A DNA stretch of 64,000 nucleotides from an uncultured Planctomycetia bacterium (GCA_964634935.1 CAZWJT010000001.1:95480-159479); one strand, 5' to 3'; positions 36,648 through 46,548 are shown, counted from the stretch's first letter. Numbers and translations: made by a program. The notes: a model not told the origin generated them from the letters alone.

Positions 36648-38612
36648 TCATTCCAACGACTGCCTCAGCTGTCGCTCAGCGTCTACTTCATCTCGATTCA
36701 TTCGGAGAAAACATTCCCGGGCTTTCCCGTGGATTGCCGAAGAAAACCCGGGAAAAGACATAAATTCTCTGGCTAATTGCAAAACCATGCGAAAATAGCG
36801 TATTAATTCTCCTTCATCGATATCGGTAATCTTCTCCAGTTGGGCAAACGCAATCCCTTCAAACCAAAGCCTCACAGGCTCCGCTAGGTGGTATGCAAAT
36901 TGCTTACTTGCGGGATAAATCCGGAAATTTTTCTCCCGCCGAAAAATCAATTCATCGATCGCCTGGGTTGCCTCAAAGACCCTACGCACACTGTGGGAAA
37001 GACGCGGTTTTTCCTGACCTCGTCTTGGTTCATACACAAGCGCAGAAAATAAAATAGCAAGTTGCAGCGAAGAAATCGCTTCAAAGAATCCCCGTTCATA
37101 GAGTTCCCCCAGCGGAAGTTCATAGCTATAGAGATGCGAAGCAAGCTCTCCCTTAAAGCTTAATCTCTTTGTCTCAGTAATATACCCCAATTCTTTCAGA
37201 AGCGTGATTTTCCTCCGGGTAAGTTCAACCGCTTTTTGTTTTTCTTTCTCGGAAGCAGAGAAAAAATGGAATGAAAGAGGATATATATCGTAAATCTTCT
37301 CACCCATATCTCGATAGAGATTAAGCAAAGTGGCATAATTACTTTTTAGTTGGCTTTCTATTTCTTCGGGGCGTCCATAAATAATCCGCTTTAAACCTTC
37401 CAGGGAAGCGCCGAGAGAGCTAACACGCAGATACACAAATCCATTATTATCGATGCCTCTCCGGCCAGCGCGGCCGGCAATCTGGTAAAAATCCCTAGTT
37501 TTCAAATAACGGTGGAACGTACCAGAAAATTTTTTGATATCATCAAAAACGACTGCCCGGGCTGGCATATTTATCCCTAAAGCAAATGTCTCTGTGGTGA
37601 AGATCGCTTTCAGCTTGCGAGAAGAAAAGAGCACTTCAATCACTTCTTTCAATGAAGGGAGAAGCCCGGCATGATGAAATGCAACTCCTCGTTGGATGAA
37701 CGGCTTTAAAAAACAAGCTCCGGCATGCGCTGAAAGGTCAAACCTGGAAAGAAGTTGACTATATAATTCTGATATCTCGACGCTCTCTTCAGCGGTAAGA
37801 AAGTTAAAATGCCCTGCCACCTCTTCAGCTAGCATCTCAGTTTTTTTCCGAGAAAAAGAAAAATAAATGCAGGGAAGATGATTTTTCTTTTGAAGCATCT
37901 CGAAAAGCGCATAAATTTTATTCGGCCGCGTGCCTTGAAGACGATTTGAATGCCTCCTCTGAAATAATTTCTTTTCTGAACTAACCAAAATATTCTCCCG
38001 CTCCAGCGCTTTGACATGGTTAAAAATGCGGTTGTTGCATTGGAAAAAAATACTGAGCGGCACCGGACGGGTGTATTCAATGATAGTTTTTATGGGAAAA
38101 TGGTGTATTGAACTCATCCAGGAGGAAATCTCCCGAACGTTGGGTACGGTTGCGCTCAACGCGATAATTTTCATATGTTTAGGCAGCAGCATCAAAGCTT
38201 CCTCCCACACGGTTCCACGCTCAACATCATCAAGATAATGTATTTCATCGAAAATAATCCACTCTTTGTTGCGAAGACGCTCGGGATCAGACAGGATGAC
38301 ATTACGAAAGATCTCCGTTGTCATAATGACCAGGAGCGCATCCGGATTTAAACTGACATCTCCGGTCAGAATACCAACCCGATCGCCATACGTTAAAGAA
38401 AAATCCCTGAATTTTTGGTTACTCAATGCTTTGATCGGAGCAGTATAAACAATGCCTTTTTGATTCTGAAGAGACCGGGTAATTACATATTCAGCAATAA
38501 GAGTTTTTCCCGCTCCAGTAGGAGCGGAAACAACGACAGACGAACCAGATTCTATACTGGCAATCGCCTCTTGCTGAAATCGGTCAAGCGGGAACGGATA
38601 GTGCAATTCCAT
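36648..38612 (-). CDS. Ski2-like DExH-box superfamily-2 RNA/DNA helicase
   Basis: Motif I SAPTGAGKT, motif II DEIHYL (DExH), helicase C-domain motifs (HHAGLLP, QIAGRAGRRG), and a roughly 250-aa C-terminal helical domain. Confidence 0.7.
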   Translation of the reverse strand: MELHYPFPLDRFQQEAIASIESGSSVVVSAPTGAGKTLIAEYVITRSLQNQKGIVYTAPIKALSNQKFRDFSLTYGDRVGILTGDVSLNPDALLVIMTTEIFRNVILSDPERLRNKEWIIFDEIHYLDDVERGTVWEEALMLLPKHMKIIALSATVPNVREISSWMSSIHHFPIKTIIEYTRPVPLSIFFQCNNRIFNHVKALERENILVSSEKKLFQRRHSNRLQGTRPNKIYALFEMLQKKNHLPCIYFSFSRKKTEMLAEEVAGHFNFLTAEESVEISELYSQLLSRFDLSAHAGACFLKPFIQRGVAFHHAGLLPSLKEVIEVLFSSRKLKAIFTTETFALGINMPARAVVFDDIKKFSGTFHRYLKTRDFYQIAGRAGRRGIDNNGFVYLRVSSLGASLEGLKRIIYGRPEEIESQLKSNYATLLNLYRDMGEKIYDIYPLSFHFFSASEKEKQKAVELTRRKITLLKELGYITETKRLSFKGELASHLYSYELPLGELYERGFFEAISSLQLAILFSALVYEPRRGQEKPRLSHSVRRVFEATQAIDELIFRREKNFRIYPASKQFAYHLAEPVRLWFEGIAFAQLEKITDIDEGELIRYFRMVLQLAREFMSFPGFSSAIHGKARECFLRMNRDEVDAERQLRQSLE

Positions 38613-38693
38613 ATCATCCTACCTTTTCACTACTTGTATTATCCATTACTGGAATGTTTTTTCAATATAAAACAAAACTAATACATGAGCCCT

Positions 38694-38722
38694 TGTAAAA
38701 AAAATTAGAAAGATGTTATACT
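38694..38722 (+). promoter_or_regulatory. candidate sigma70-type promoter for the minor-pilin operon (TTGTAA-17 nt-TATACT)
   Basis: -35 TTGTAA at 38694-38699, 17-nt AT-rich spacer, -10 TATACT at 38717-38722. The pilin ATG lies about 23 nt downstream. Confidence 0.4.
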
Positions 38723-38744
38723 ATAGATGTGATATAATTGATTT

Positions 38745-39158
38745 ATGAAGCTGCAAGTCCGGCGAAGAAGAAAAGCGGTAAGCCTCGTTGAAATCCTCCT
38801 TACTGTTGCACTCTTGGCAATCACCCTATGCACAATCCTGGGTAGTTTTACTGCCTGTTTCTTAATTAATGAAACAAACCGCAATATCACCAAAGCAGTA
38901 AGCCATGGGGAATTTGTAATTGAAGAAATTAAGAACGCATCATTTGCAACCCTGCAAACTGCAATTAATTCGGGTAATTTTGATTGGAATACGACCTTTA
39001 TCGCGCAGAAAGGCCTTGAAGCGCTCTCAGAAGAAGGAATTAATACACAAGTACAATCTCTTGGGGCATCTCTGCTCCATGTTACTGTTACCGTTTCTTG
39101 GACGGATCGTAGTGCGAGCAGAACATACACACTTGAAACGCTCATCGCGGATTTATGA
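38745..39158 (+). CDS. type IV pilin-like / pseudopilin (prepilin-type N-terminal helix, Glu5)
   Basis: Charged leader MKLQVRRRRKA followed by VSLVEILLTVALLAITL: a class-III signal-like hydrophobic helix with Glu at +5 of the predicted mature protein. 137 aa. Confidence 0.6.
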   Translation: MKLQVRRRRKAVSLVEILLTVALLAITLCTILGSFTACFLINETNRNITKAVSHGEFVIEEIKNASFATLQTAINSGNFDWNTTFIAQKGLEALSEEGINTQVQSLGASLLHVTVTVSWTDRSASRTYTLETLIADL

Positions 39159-39162
39159 AAAC

Positions 39163-39705
39163 ATGGGAAAAACACTTGCGCTAACTACAAGGGGCAGATT
39201 TCAAAAAAAGGCGTTCACGCTTGCTGAAGCCTTAGTAAGCAGCGTAGTTATGGCTATCCTCCTCAGTGGACTATTTGCTGTTTTCCTCGCAGGAGAAAAA
39301 GGATGGCATTCTGATATAAGCCGAGTAGATCTACAGCAAACGACTCGCCTGGCGCTTTTCGGCATGAGCAGGGAATTACGCCAAACATCCGCCGATACAC
39401 TCTCACTTCCGCAGATTTCAACGATTACCTTCTCGTTACCGAACGTCGGAAATTCGATTACCTATAGTTTTGATGCGGCAAAAAAACAAATTATCAGACA
39501 GCACCCGGCCGGGGTTACCCAGGTAATTGGCCGGGATATCCAGGCACTCAGTTTTTCCTGTCTTGATATTAACAACGCTGTTTTAGCAAGCAACCTCTGC
39601 GGGAATGCCGAAAGTATTCTAATCCAAATAACCGCCCAGAAAGAGGCATTCCAGCGTAGCGTGAGCTTTGCGCTTCAGAAAAAAGTAAAATTACGGAATG
39701 AATAA
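39163..39705 (+). CDS. type IV minor pilin / pseudopilin (GspJ/PilW-like)
   Basis: …RGRFQKKA-FTLAEALVSSVVMAILLSGLFAV: prepilin-type N-terminus with Glu5. About 180 aa. Starts 4 nt after the previous stop. Confidence 0.55.
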   Translation: MGKTLALTTRGRFQKKAFTLAEALVSSVVMAILLSGLFAVFLAGEKGWHSDISRVDLQQTTRLALFGMSRELRQTSADTLSLPQISTITFSLPNVGNSITYSFDAAKKQIIRQHPAGVTQVIGRDIQALSFSCLDINNAVLASNLCGNAESILIQITAQKEAFQRSVSFALQKKVKLRNE

Positions 39706-39764
39706 AGCACACAGAAAACACAATAACTATCGGCAAGAAAGCGTATATAAAAAGTGAGGATTGT

Positions 39765-40781
39765 ATGAGAAAACATGCTTTCACACTGGTCTTTGGGCTT
39801 TTAATCATCGTGGTATTCGCGATACTCCTTACCGGCTTAGTGGCAAAAAGCGTTTCAGAACGGATGATGACGCGGGCTTACGCGGACTCAACCCAGGCTT
39901 TCTGGCTGGCTGAAGCTGGCATAAACCGGGCTTTTGTCGAATTACAAAACAACTATAATCTCTCGGGAGCAAATCTCTTCCCAACCACACTCGGACAAGG
40001 AAGCTACGCCGTCTCTATTGCCACAAACGGACAAAATAAAGTAGTAACCGCTTACGGCTATATTCCCTCTGCGGTAAATCCCCGTATCACCCGCACCTTG
40101 GAAGCAACTTTCCGGAAATCAATTCCTCCTAATTTTTTCGATAACGTTATCTATGGAGCAGGAAACATTGACATTTCTGGAAATAGCTACAGTGTAAACG
40201 GAAACGTTATCTACGCCGACAATTTTACGAATGATGACAACGTCACCGGCAATATCGTTCATGACCCATCAATTAAACCGCTCGCGCGGTTTAATTTCAC
40301 ACAACTTCGCCAAATAAGCGTTAATCAAGGAAACCTCTACACTCAGCAAAGGCTGAACAACAAAGACCCCTTTCCCGTAAGCTTCTGGAATGTACCCCCG
40401 AGCGGAGGCAATCCAGGAATCCCTAATGTTGTCTATATCGAAGGCGACATGGTAGTAAAAGGCAATACAAATGTTGGCGGGTTTTTTGTAGTTGCGGGAA
40501 ATGTTATTACTCAAGCTGACGCAACGGCCGATGCCACATTAAGCGGAAACGTGAATGTTGCTGGAGCAGTCTATACTCGAGGAACTTTCAGGGTGAACGG
40601 CGGAGGAAATAAATTGAATATTGACGGTGGCGTTTGGGCAAGCGCCGTTGATATGAACGGCGGCGTCACCCTGACGTACAATGCCCAATATATGTCAGCT
40701 ATTGCCGGGCTTAATACAAACCCGGAAGTGCAAGTGCTCTTATGGAAAGACCTGGATAAACCGTATAAAATTACCCCGTAA
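39765..40781 (+). CDS. PilX-like type IV pilus minor pilin (PilX_N domain) with Gly/Asn-rich repetitive C-terminal domain
   Basis: MRKHAFTLVFGLLIIVVFAILLTGLVAKSVSERMMTRAYADSTQAFWLAEAGINRAF matches the PilX N-terminal pattern (hydrophobic helix …S..ERM..N…..AF.AAEAG). The C-terminal roughly 200 aa is full of GN/NV repeats. Confidence 0.55.
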   Translation: MRKHAFTLVFGLLIIVVFAILLTGLVAKSVSERMMTRAYADSTQAFWLAEAGINRAFVELQNNYNLSGANLFPTTLGQGSYAVSIATNGQNKVVTAYGYIPSAVNPRITRTLEATFRKSIPPNFFDNVIYGAGNIDISGNSYSVNGNVIYADNFTNDDNVTGNIVHDPSIKPLARFNFTQLRQISVNQGNLYTQQRLNNKDPFPVSFWNVPPSGGNPGIPNVVYIEGDMVVKGNTNVGGFFVVAGNVITQADATADATLSGNVNVAGAVYTRGTFRVNGGGNKLNIDGGVWASAVDMNGGVTLTYNAQYMSAIAGLNTNPEVQVLLWKDLDKPYKITP

Positions 40782-40784
40782 TTT

Positions 40785-40821
40785 AACCGCGGCAGGGTTT
40801 GCGCCCGTGGTTTGCTTTTTT
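40785..40821 (+). terminator. intrinsic terminator of the minor-pilin operon
   Basis: AACCGCGG-(12 nt loop)-CCGTGGTT forms an 8-bp stem (one G-U pair) followed by TGCTTTTTT, 4 nt after the PilX-like stop. Confidence 0.45.
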
Positions 40822-40875
40822 GCTGCGCCAAGAAAGTTTTCCTCTGCGTTTTCTTTTGGACATGCTTCCTCCTTT

Positions 40876-43800
40876 TTATTGTTTGCCAAAAAATACTTCG
40901 ATCTTAAAACATTCATCCTTACGAATGCGTACCGCGTCGGAATGCGCAATCACTCCGCCTGAAACAATCTTTTCTTCGCCGTTACGATAGAAAAGCTTTA
41001 CCGAAGTAATCTTGAGGGTGTTTGAAAAAGTATCTTTCCGTGACGGGTTGTAATACACAACGAGCGTATCTTTCAAGAATTTGAAACAGAAAGTATTCGC
41101 GGGAAGAAAAATATGCTGGTGCTTCTTCTGCCAGTAAACTGATCTTTGCTCTGGTTTTACGGTGAAAAAATCCCCGGGCAAGGCTGGAGCAAAAGAAAGA
41201 AAAAGCTTCCCGTCTCTGGTAAAAAACGGGCTCTTCCCGGCACAAAGGAGAATCCACATATGAACCAGCTCGGCCGTCGAACCCGAAAGACGGGCGACAA
41301 AACCCCGGCCCCAGAGTTTCTTATCTGGATAGGCACTGCTTACGATAAAGGAAGAATTCTCTAGAATATTCCGCCCGTATGTTCCGGGCTGCAAGAAACA
41401 AACAAAGCATTTTTTGATATTTTCATAAAATTCTCGGTACAAACCGGCTTTCAAAAGTTCCAAGAGATACTTGTATTCCATGTGCAACCAGATGGATTCA
41501 TTTTCAAGCCACCCTCGGTTAAATACGCGCATCCTGCCGATTTCCAGGCTCTCCCCAGCCAAAGAACCGTTTAATTTATACATCGATAGCTTCTTATCGA
41601 ACAACTGGCTTTTTTTGACTTCACGAACAATGAGCGGAATTTCATCCTGTTCTGCTACCCGAAGAAGATGAACCACACCTTCAAGAAAAACAGGGAGAGG
41701 ATGTTTTTTGAATTCAAGAGACTTTATTGTTCCATTCACATGTTCATAACGTACAACTTCATGCGTATAAAAAGCATGTACCAAAAGGCCATTCCGAGCC
41801 CAGTTGAGAGCTTGTTGTGTTTTCCGAATAACTTTTCCAACAAACAGAGATATCTCTTCTCTGGTAAGACATACAGTCTCTGAGAATCCAAAGAAAGCCG
41901 CATCTCGGTATAGTTCTTTAGCGGCATTACTCTCATCCCAATATGAAAATGCTCGCGACGCATCCTCTGTTGGATAGCGCTCCAGAAGAACATGGATACA
42001 ACGGATAAAATCAGCAAGCTCTTTCGGACAGGCAATCGCATCCTGTATTTCTGGCGACTCATCGAATGCCCGTTGTAAAAAACGAGCTAACCTCAACAAA
42101 GCCATCGTTTCATTTACTGAAGAACCAAAAAGAGCCGGTAAACCATTTAACGCATCACACCAGCCGGGTTTCCCTGCCTCCATCTCAATGCCGATACCAA
42201 AGGCATCAAGCGTCGCAATTTTATTCACCAAGAGCGTGAGCAACTTTACTACGAGACTCACCTGGACAATTTCCCCTCTTCCTGAACCGTCTCTTACCCG
42301 ATGCTTAAGTGAAGTTCTTTCCTGAAGTAACTTCATTTTTCCGGAATCAAGCACAAGAAAGTTATGTTGGCGAATCTTTCCGTGTATATCTCGATAATAC
42401 TTCGCGCTTCTGGGGTTAATGCGATAAGCGCCATCGTAGAAGTAAAATTTCTCCTTGAAAAGAAGTTGAGACAGCTTCTCCGGATAAATCATCAGATAAC
42501 TTTCGAGCAAATCAATATTGTAGAGCCAATGGTCGATCCAAAATCCTTCGGCAAAGTCGGCGTGCTCATAACGTTCAGCAACCGCAAGAACCTTCTCAAT
42601 GCAACGGTACATTTTTGCTTGAGAAAGTTCTTGTTCACTGAGAAAGCTTGAAAGATTCTCCACGGTAAATTCTGCCTGAAGGAATTCACGGGCTCTTTCC
42701 CGGGAAACGCCGCCGAAAAACTCCTGGATAACCGCCTCCAGTGCAGCCTTATCAGACAATACCAGCAATTCTTGTTTCACTACGAGCGGATTATACCCGA
42801 ATTGATCCTGAAGATTAAAAAACAAACGTATATTTAAATTCTGAATATCCGGGTTAAAGTAAACGTCCAGGCGCCGATTCTGATTAATATCGCGGAAGTT
42901 TCCTTCACCCTGAGAAAAATATACCGAAGGAAGCTTAAACTTATTATAGTCGCGCTCAAGATCACCATGTTTTCGAGAAAAAACATACCAGGTTTTCTGG
43001 GCCCCGACCGTTACCGGCATCCCACCTCTTAAAACATTATCAAGGTAAGTTGTTCGCACATACTCATCAAAGACGCGTACGGCTGAAACGGTAAAGGTAT
43101 TATCTTTAATCGAATCAAGGAGAGCATTCCCCGCCTGAAAGTTATTTTCAATAAACAAAGGAACCTTGACTTTTTTAGAAAATGGTTTCAGGAATTTGAG
43201 ATCTTCGGCTGAACCCACTACTGAATAAAAAGTAAATGCCGATGAAGCTGGAATATCTTTTGCAAAAAAACTCATTGCTGCAGGAGTCTTCCCGTATGTA
43301 ATCTGCTCTGAAGGATAACGAAATTTTTTCTCAAGAAACTTATACGGCAGTGTCAGCGATGAGTTATCTTGAAAAATACAATCAGGATCAACTATGAGCT
43401 TTGAGAATACAACCTTCTTTTCGGTAAAGAACGAAGTATAAAAATTTGCCCCTTGAATATAATGAGTTGCGGCGACATCTTCCGGAGAAATTTTCAGCTT
43501 AAATAACGAAAGTTCCTTTCTACAGTCAACTTCCATCCAGGCTTCGATAGTCCGGGAAAGATCCTTGAGCAGAATATTCTTGATACCGTACGGGATAAGA
43601 ACCGGAAGTCCATCGAGAAGCTGAACGGAAATTTTCTTCCTGGAATGGTTTATGAGTGAAACTTTCCGCACCAACCCAGCAACTGGCTGTTCAGACAATA
43701 CAGAATAACGGACGACGATTTCCAAGCCAAGCTTTTTATTCAACTCCTGTATTTGAAACCATGAAGAATGAATCGTCATCCGCTGGACGATAGAATCAGA

Positions 43801-44100
43801 GGTATGAGCGATAAATGGTTCATAAAAAAGATTCCCTATCTTCAGAAATGTCCTGAAGCCTTTATGAAATACCGCGTAATAGGATTTATTCGCCGGGAGA
43901 AACTCCACGACCGAATGATCTTTATCCTTAAAGCCAAAACTCGCGATTCCCTGGGCACGATTTACATAAAAAGCCCAGAGCGGAATCCCATTCATTCCAG
44001 CGATACCTGGGAGAAAATTCGAGAAAGCTGGAGCATGGTTATAATGTTCAATGGTACAAGAACCGTCTTTCCCGATCATATATGTTGCCTGTTTCATCAA
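40876..44100 (-). CDS. large (1074 aa) cytoplasmic hypothetical protein; weak resemblance to glycoside phosphorylase/hydrolase-type (alpha/alpha)6 enzymes
   Basis: No signal peptide. A long uninterrupted ORF in a GC-typical frame. The segment EAGKPGWCDALNGLPALFG is loosely reminiscent of the GDWNDGMN catalytic loop of GH94-type phosphorylases. The family call is inference only. Confidence 0.35.
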   Translation of the reverse strand: MMKQATYMIGKDGSCTIEHYNHAPAFSNFLPGIAGMNGIPLWAFYVNRAQGIASFGFKDKDHSVVEFLPANKSYYAVFHKGFRTFLKIGNLFYEPFIAHTSDSIVQRMTIHSSWFQIQELNKKLGLEIVVRYSVLSEQPVAGLVRKVSLINHSRKKISVQLLDGLPVLIPYGIKNILLKDLSRTIEAWMEVDCRKELSLFKLKISPEDVAATHYIQGANFYTSFFTEKKVVFSKLIVDPDCIFQDNSSLTLPYKFLEKKFRYPSEQITYGKTPAAMSFFAKDIPASSAFTFYSVVGSAEDLKFLKPFSKKVKVPLFIENNFQAGNALLDSIKDNTFTVSAVRVFDEYVRTTYLDNVLRGGMPVTVGAQKTWYVFSRKHGDLERDYNKFKLPSVYFSQGEGNFRDINQNRRLDVYFNPDIQNLNIRLFFNLQDQFGYNPLVVKQELLVLSDKAALEAVIQEFFGGVSRERAREFLQAEFTVENLSSFLSEQELSQAKMYRCIEKVLAVAERYEHADFAEGFWIDHWLYNIDLLESYLMIYPEKLSQLLFKEKFYFYDGAYRINPRSAKYYRDIHGKIRQHNFLVLDSGKMKLLQERTSLKHRVRDGSGRGEIVQVSLVVKLLTLLVNKIATLDAFGIGIEMEAGKPGWCDALNGLPALFGSSVNETMALLRLARFLQRAFDESPEIQDAIACPKELADFIRCIHVLLERYPTEDASRAFSYWDESNAAKELYRDAAFFGFSETVCLTREEISLFVGKVIRKTQQALNWARNGLLVHAFYTHEVVRYEHVNGTIKSLEFKKHPLPVFLEGVVHLLRVAEQDEIPLIVREVKKSQLFDKKLSMYKLNGSLAGESLEIGRMRVFNRGWLENESIWLHMEYKYLLELLKAGLYREFYENIKKCFVCFLQPGTYGRNILENSSFIVSSAYPDKKLWGRGFVARLSGSTAELVHMWILLCAGKSPFFTRDGKLFLSFAPALPGDFFTVKPEQRSVYWQKKHQHIFLPANTFCFKFLKDTLVVYYNPSRKDTFSNTLKITSVKLFYRNGEEKIVSGGVIAHSDAVRIRKDECFKIEVFFGKQ

Positions 44101-44147
44101 CTACTCCTTCTTCAAAAAACCGTATACCTCAAAATCTGTTTATAAGT

Positions 44148-44786
44148 TTAGACTATTGTAGGTATTTTTCTTAGTGAAGCAAGTATTTTTTTGGGATGAA
44201 CCCGCATAAGGCTTTTCCGAGAAGAAGATCCCCCAGTTACCGCAATCACACTGACTCCAGCGGCAGAACCGGCTTGGACATCTCCTGTCATATCTCCAAT
44301 GTACCAGGTGTCGCGCGGAGAAATTCGAAACATACGCATCGCGCGCAAAATCATCCGGGGCGATGGCTTCCGGTCGGAAACCTTACGGGGACAGAGCACA
44401 CAGGAGAAATATCTGCTGAGTTTGGTCACTTGCAAGATAAAATTGGTAAATTGTTGTGGCCGATTTGAAACAACACCAAGAATGTACTTTCTCCTCTTGA
44501 GTGTGCTGAGAATTTCCTGGGTATACGGTCTGAGTTTTGTAAATCTCTTTAAATCCTGTTTGTGACGGCGGCGGAAAAAAAAGAGCGCTTTCGGTAAACA
44601 CGCAGAACTTACAAAACGGGCTAAGAAATCACTGTCGCCACGACCAACCGCAGACTTGACTTTCCGGAAAGAAACATGTTTGCACCCCAAGGTACTTTGC
44701 ACCGCACAGAGACTTTGGTAGATTGCCTGATATGCATCAACCAACGTCCCATCAAGATCAAAAAGCACAAGTTTCTGATTCGGCAT
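44148..44786 (-). CDS. HAD-superfamily hydrolase (phosphoglycolate-phosphatase-like)
   Basis: N-terminal LVLFDLDGTLVD (motif I), S/T motif II, K…GD…D motifs III/IV near the C-terminus (WYIGDMTGDVQAG). Confidence 0.6.
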   Translation of the reverse strand: MPNQKLVLFDLDGTLVDAYQAIYQSLCAVQSTLGCKHVSFRKVKSAVGRGDSDFLARFVSSACLPKALFFFRRRHKQDLKRFTKLRPYTQEILSTLKRRKYILGVVSNRPQQFTNFILQVTKLSRYFSCVLCPRKVSDRKPSPRMILRAMRMFRISPRDTWYIGDMTGDVQAGSAAGVSVIAVTGGSSSRKSLMRVHPKKILASLRKIPTIV

Positions 44787-44852
44787 CGTACCGTTGCAAC
44801 CGGAAGATTATTCTCCGCCACAAAAATTTCTCAAGTCTCTCAAGGTAGAAGC

Positions 44853-45395
44853 TTATTCTTTCCGGATGAACCGGAGAATCAATGATGCAAAACTCACTTC
44901 CAAGATTGCCTTGGCTACAAAAGGAAATAAACCGAGTACAGCCGCTTGCTGAATATTCGTTTTCAGACAAAAAGCAAGCCAGAAACAGCCTGAACTGTAA
45001 AGTATAATTTGGGCACATAAAAAATAAAGAAAAGAAAGCGTAAGCGAAGAAGGAAAACGGACGCAAGAAAAATAAATTCCCACGAGAACAAAACCCATAA
45101 GATATCCGCCCGTTGGGCCAAGAAGATAACTAAGGCTCGCACCGCCTGCAAAAACAGGAAGTCCGGAAACTCCCATAAAAAACCAAACAGTAACCATAGT
45201 CCATGTCCATCGGCCAAGAATTGCAGAGCTTAGAAACAGGCATAAAGTCTGCAGTGTTACAGGAACCGGAGAAATTGGAAGATAGAATTTTATGTGCGAG
45301 CTTACCGACATGACCGCAGTGAGCAATACAACAGAGCTAGCCATCCGCACGGAACGTAAGGAAAAAAAGTTGCACCAAGATAATAATGCCGTCAT
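44853..45395 (-). CDS. bioY: biotin transporter BioY (ECF S-component)
   Basis: VPVTLQTLCLFLSSAILG, GLPVFAGG, GPTGGYLMGF are BioY hallmarks. 6-TM, 180 aa. Confidence 0.8.
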   Translation of the reverse strand: MTALLSWCNFFSLRSVRMASSVVLLTAVMSVSSHIKFYLPISPVPVTLQTLCLFLSSAILGRWTWTMVTVWFFMGVSGLPVFAGGASLSYLLGPTGGYLMGFVLVGIYFSCVRFPSSLTLSFLYFLCAQIILYSSGCFWLAFCLKTNIQQAAVLGLFPFVAKAILEVSFASLILRFIRKE

Positions 45396-45422
45396 AAATC
45401 CCCTTTCTGGTATTACTTGTTT

Positions 45423-46325
45423 CTAACGTAAAGAAACTGCCTGGAGTACCTTTTTAAAGGGAAACAGAACCGAAGATTTCCGTAATGTCCGCTTCAACAT
45501 GCCTACTTTCTCTTCTGCCTCCCGACGCCCACACTCAACAATCTCATCAATCTTGGAAAAATCTGACCAATCATATTCTTCAACTGCAGGGGCAAAGATA
45601 AAATCAGCCTCTTTTTCAAGCAGCTGGATGATCTTATAATGTCTCACCTCAGAAGCGCTCAGCAGTAAGCTTAAATTGGTGCTCTTACCCGGGATATGAC
45701 GGCGGCGCTCAACATTCACTCCAATCACAAAATCCGACTCACGCTTAACCGCCATGACCGGGATTGACTCCAGAATACCCCCATCCACAAGAAGTTTTCC
45801 TTCATCTTGCAGAGGAGGAAAAATTCCCGGTAAAGACATAGACGCAAGTAGCGCTCGCCACAATGGTCCAGACCTGAGGTACACTTCATTCCCTCCTACA
45901 AGATCTGTCGCAACACAAGTGAAAGGAATATTAAAATCTTGAAAGGTCTTCTCTTGAAAAGCTTCCCGGAAAAGAGCCTCAAAAGGAGCATAATCAATAA
46001 CCCATCCCCGGCGTAAGGCGCTTAAATTCCAATTACAAAATTCCTTGATAAGACTAAACGCCTTTACAAAGGTCAAATCTCCAACAGTCAAAGAACCAAA
46101 CTTACGCTCCAATTCCTGTACAATATCAGATTTAACAAGCGCATCAACTTTTTCATAGACACGGGGAATGTTCTTCTCCTGGACGTAAAAAGCACCGATA
46201 ATCGCACCCATTGAAGTGCCCGAAAGAACATCAAACGAAACACCTTCACGCTCAAGAACCTCTAAGATTCCGATGTGAGCTAACCCACGCGCTCCTCCCC
46301 CTCCGAGAGCTAATCCTATTCTCAT
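45423..46325 (-). CDS. patatin-like phospholipase
   Basis: GLALGGGGARGLAHIGIL (oxyanion Gly-rich loop), GTSMGA (GxSxG nucleophile), and a DGG catalytic Asp motif (LVDGGILES). Confidence 0.8.
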   Translation of the reverse strand: MRIGLALGGGGARGLAHIGILEVLEREGVSFDVLSGTSMGAIIGAFYVQEKNIPRVYEKVDALVKSDIVQELERKFGSLTVGDLTFVKAFSLIKEFCNWNLSALRRGWVIDYAPFEALFREAFQEKTFQDFNIPFTCVATDLVGGNEVYLRSGPLWRALLASMSLPGIFPPLQDEGKLLVDGGILESIPVMAVKRESDFVIGVNVERRRHIPGKSTNLSLLLSASEVRHYKIIQLLEKEADFIFAPAVEEYDWSDFSKIDEIVECGRREAEEKVGMLKRTLRKSSVLFPFKKVLQAVSLR

Positions 46326-46328
46326 CTT

Positions 46329-46520
46329 CTATCGTTTCCGGGAAATCACCAGAAAAATAATTCCAATACAAAACGCTACCATACCCGAGCAACCTTTAAC
46401 AAGCACCATAAATTCCGGCCACCACCCTAACATCATCGCGGTACCGAAAACTAAAAAAAGACAACCCACAATTATTTTCATAAAAGAATGAGAAGAATTT
46501 TTTGGTGTTACCGAGTGCAC
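46329..46520 (-). CDS. hypothetical small two-TM membrane protein
   Basis: 63 aa, two hydrophobic helices. Tightly abuts both the patatin gene and the acyltransferase gene. Confidence 0.35.
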   Translation of the reverse strand: MHSVTPKNSSHSFMKIIVGCLFLVFGTAMMLGWWPEFMVLVKGCSGMVAFCIGIIFLVISRKR

Positions 46521-46548
46521 CGTATATTTCCTTTCACTGAAATCTTAC

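Noticed and set aside
40785-40821. The pilin-operon hairpin considered as a bidirectional terminator also serving the convergent 1074-aa gene.
   Set aside because: On the minus strand the stem has an A-C mismatch and is followed by GAAGAAAAC rather than a U-tract, so only plus-strand termination is supported.
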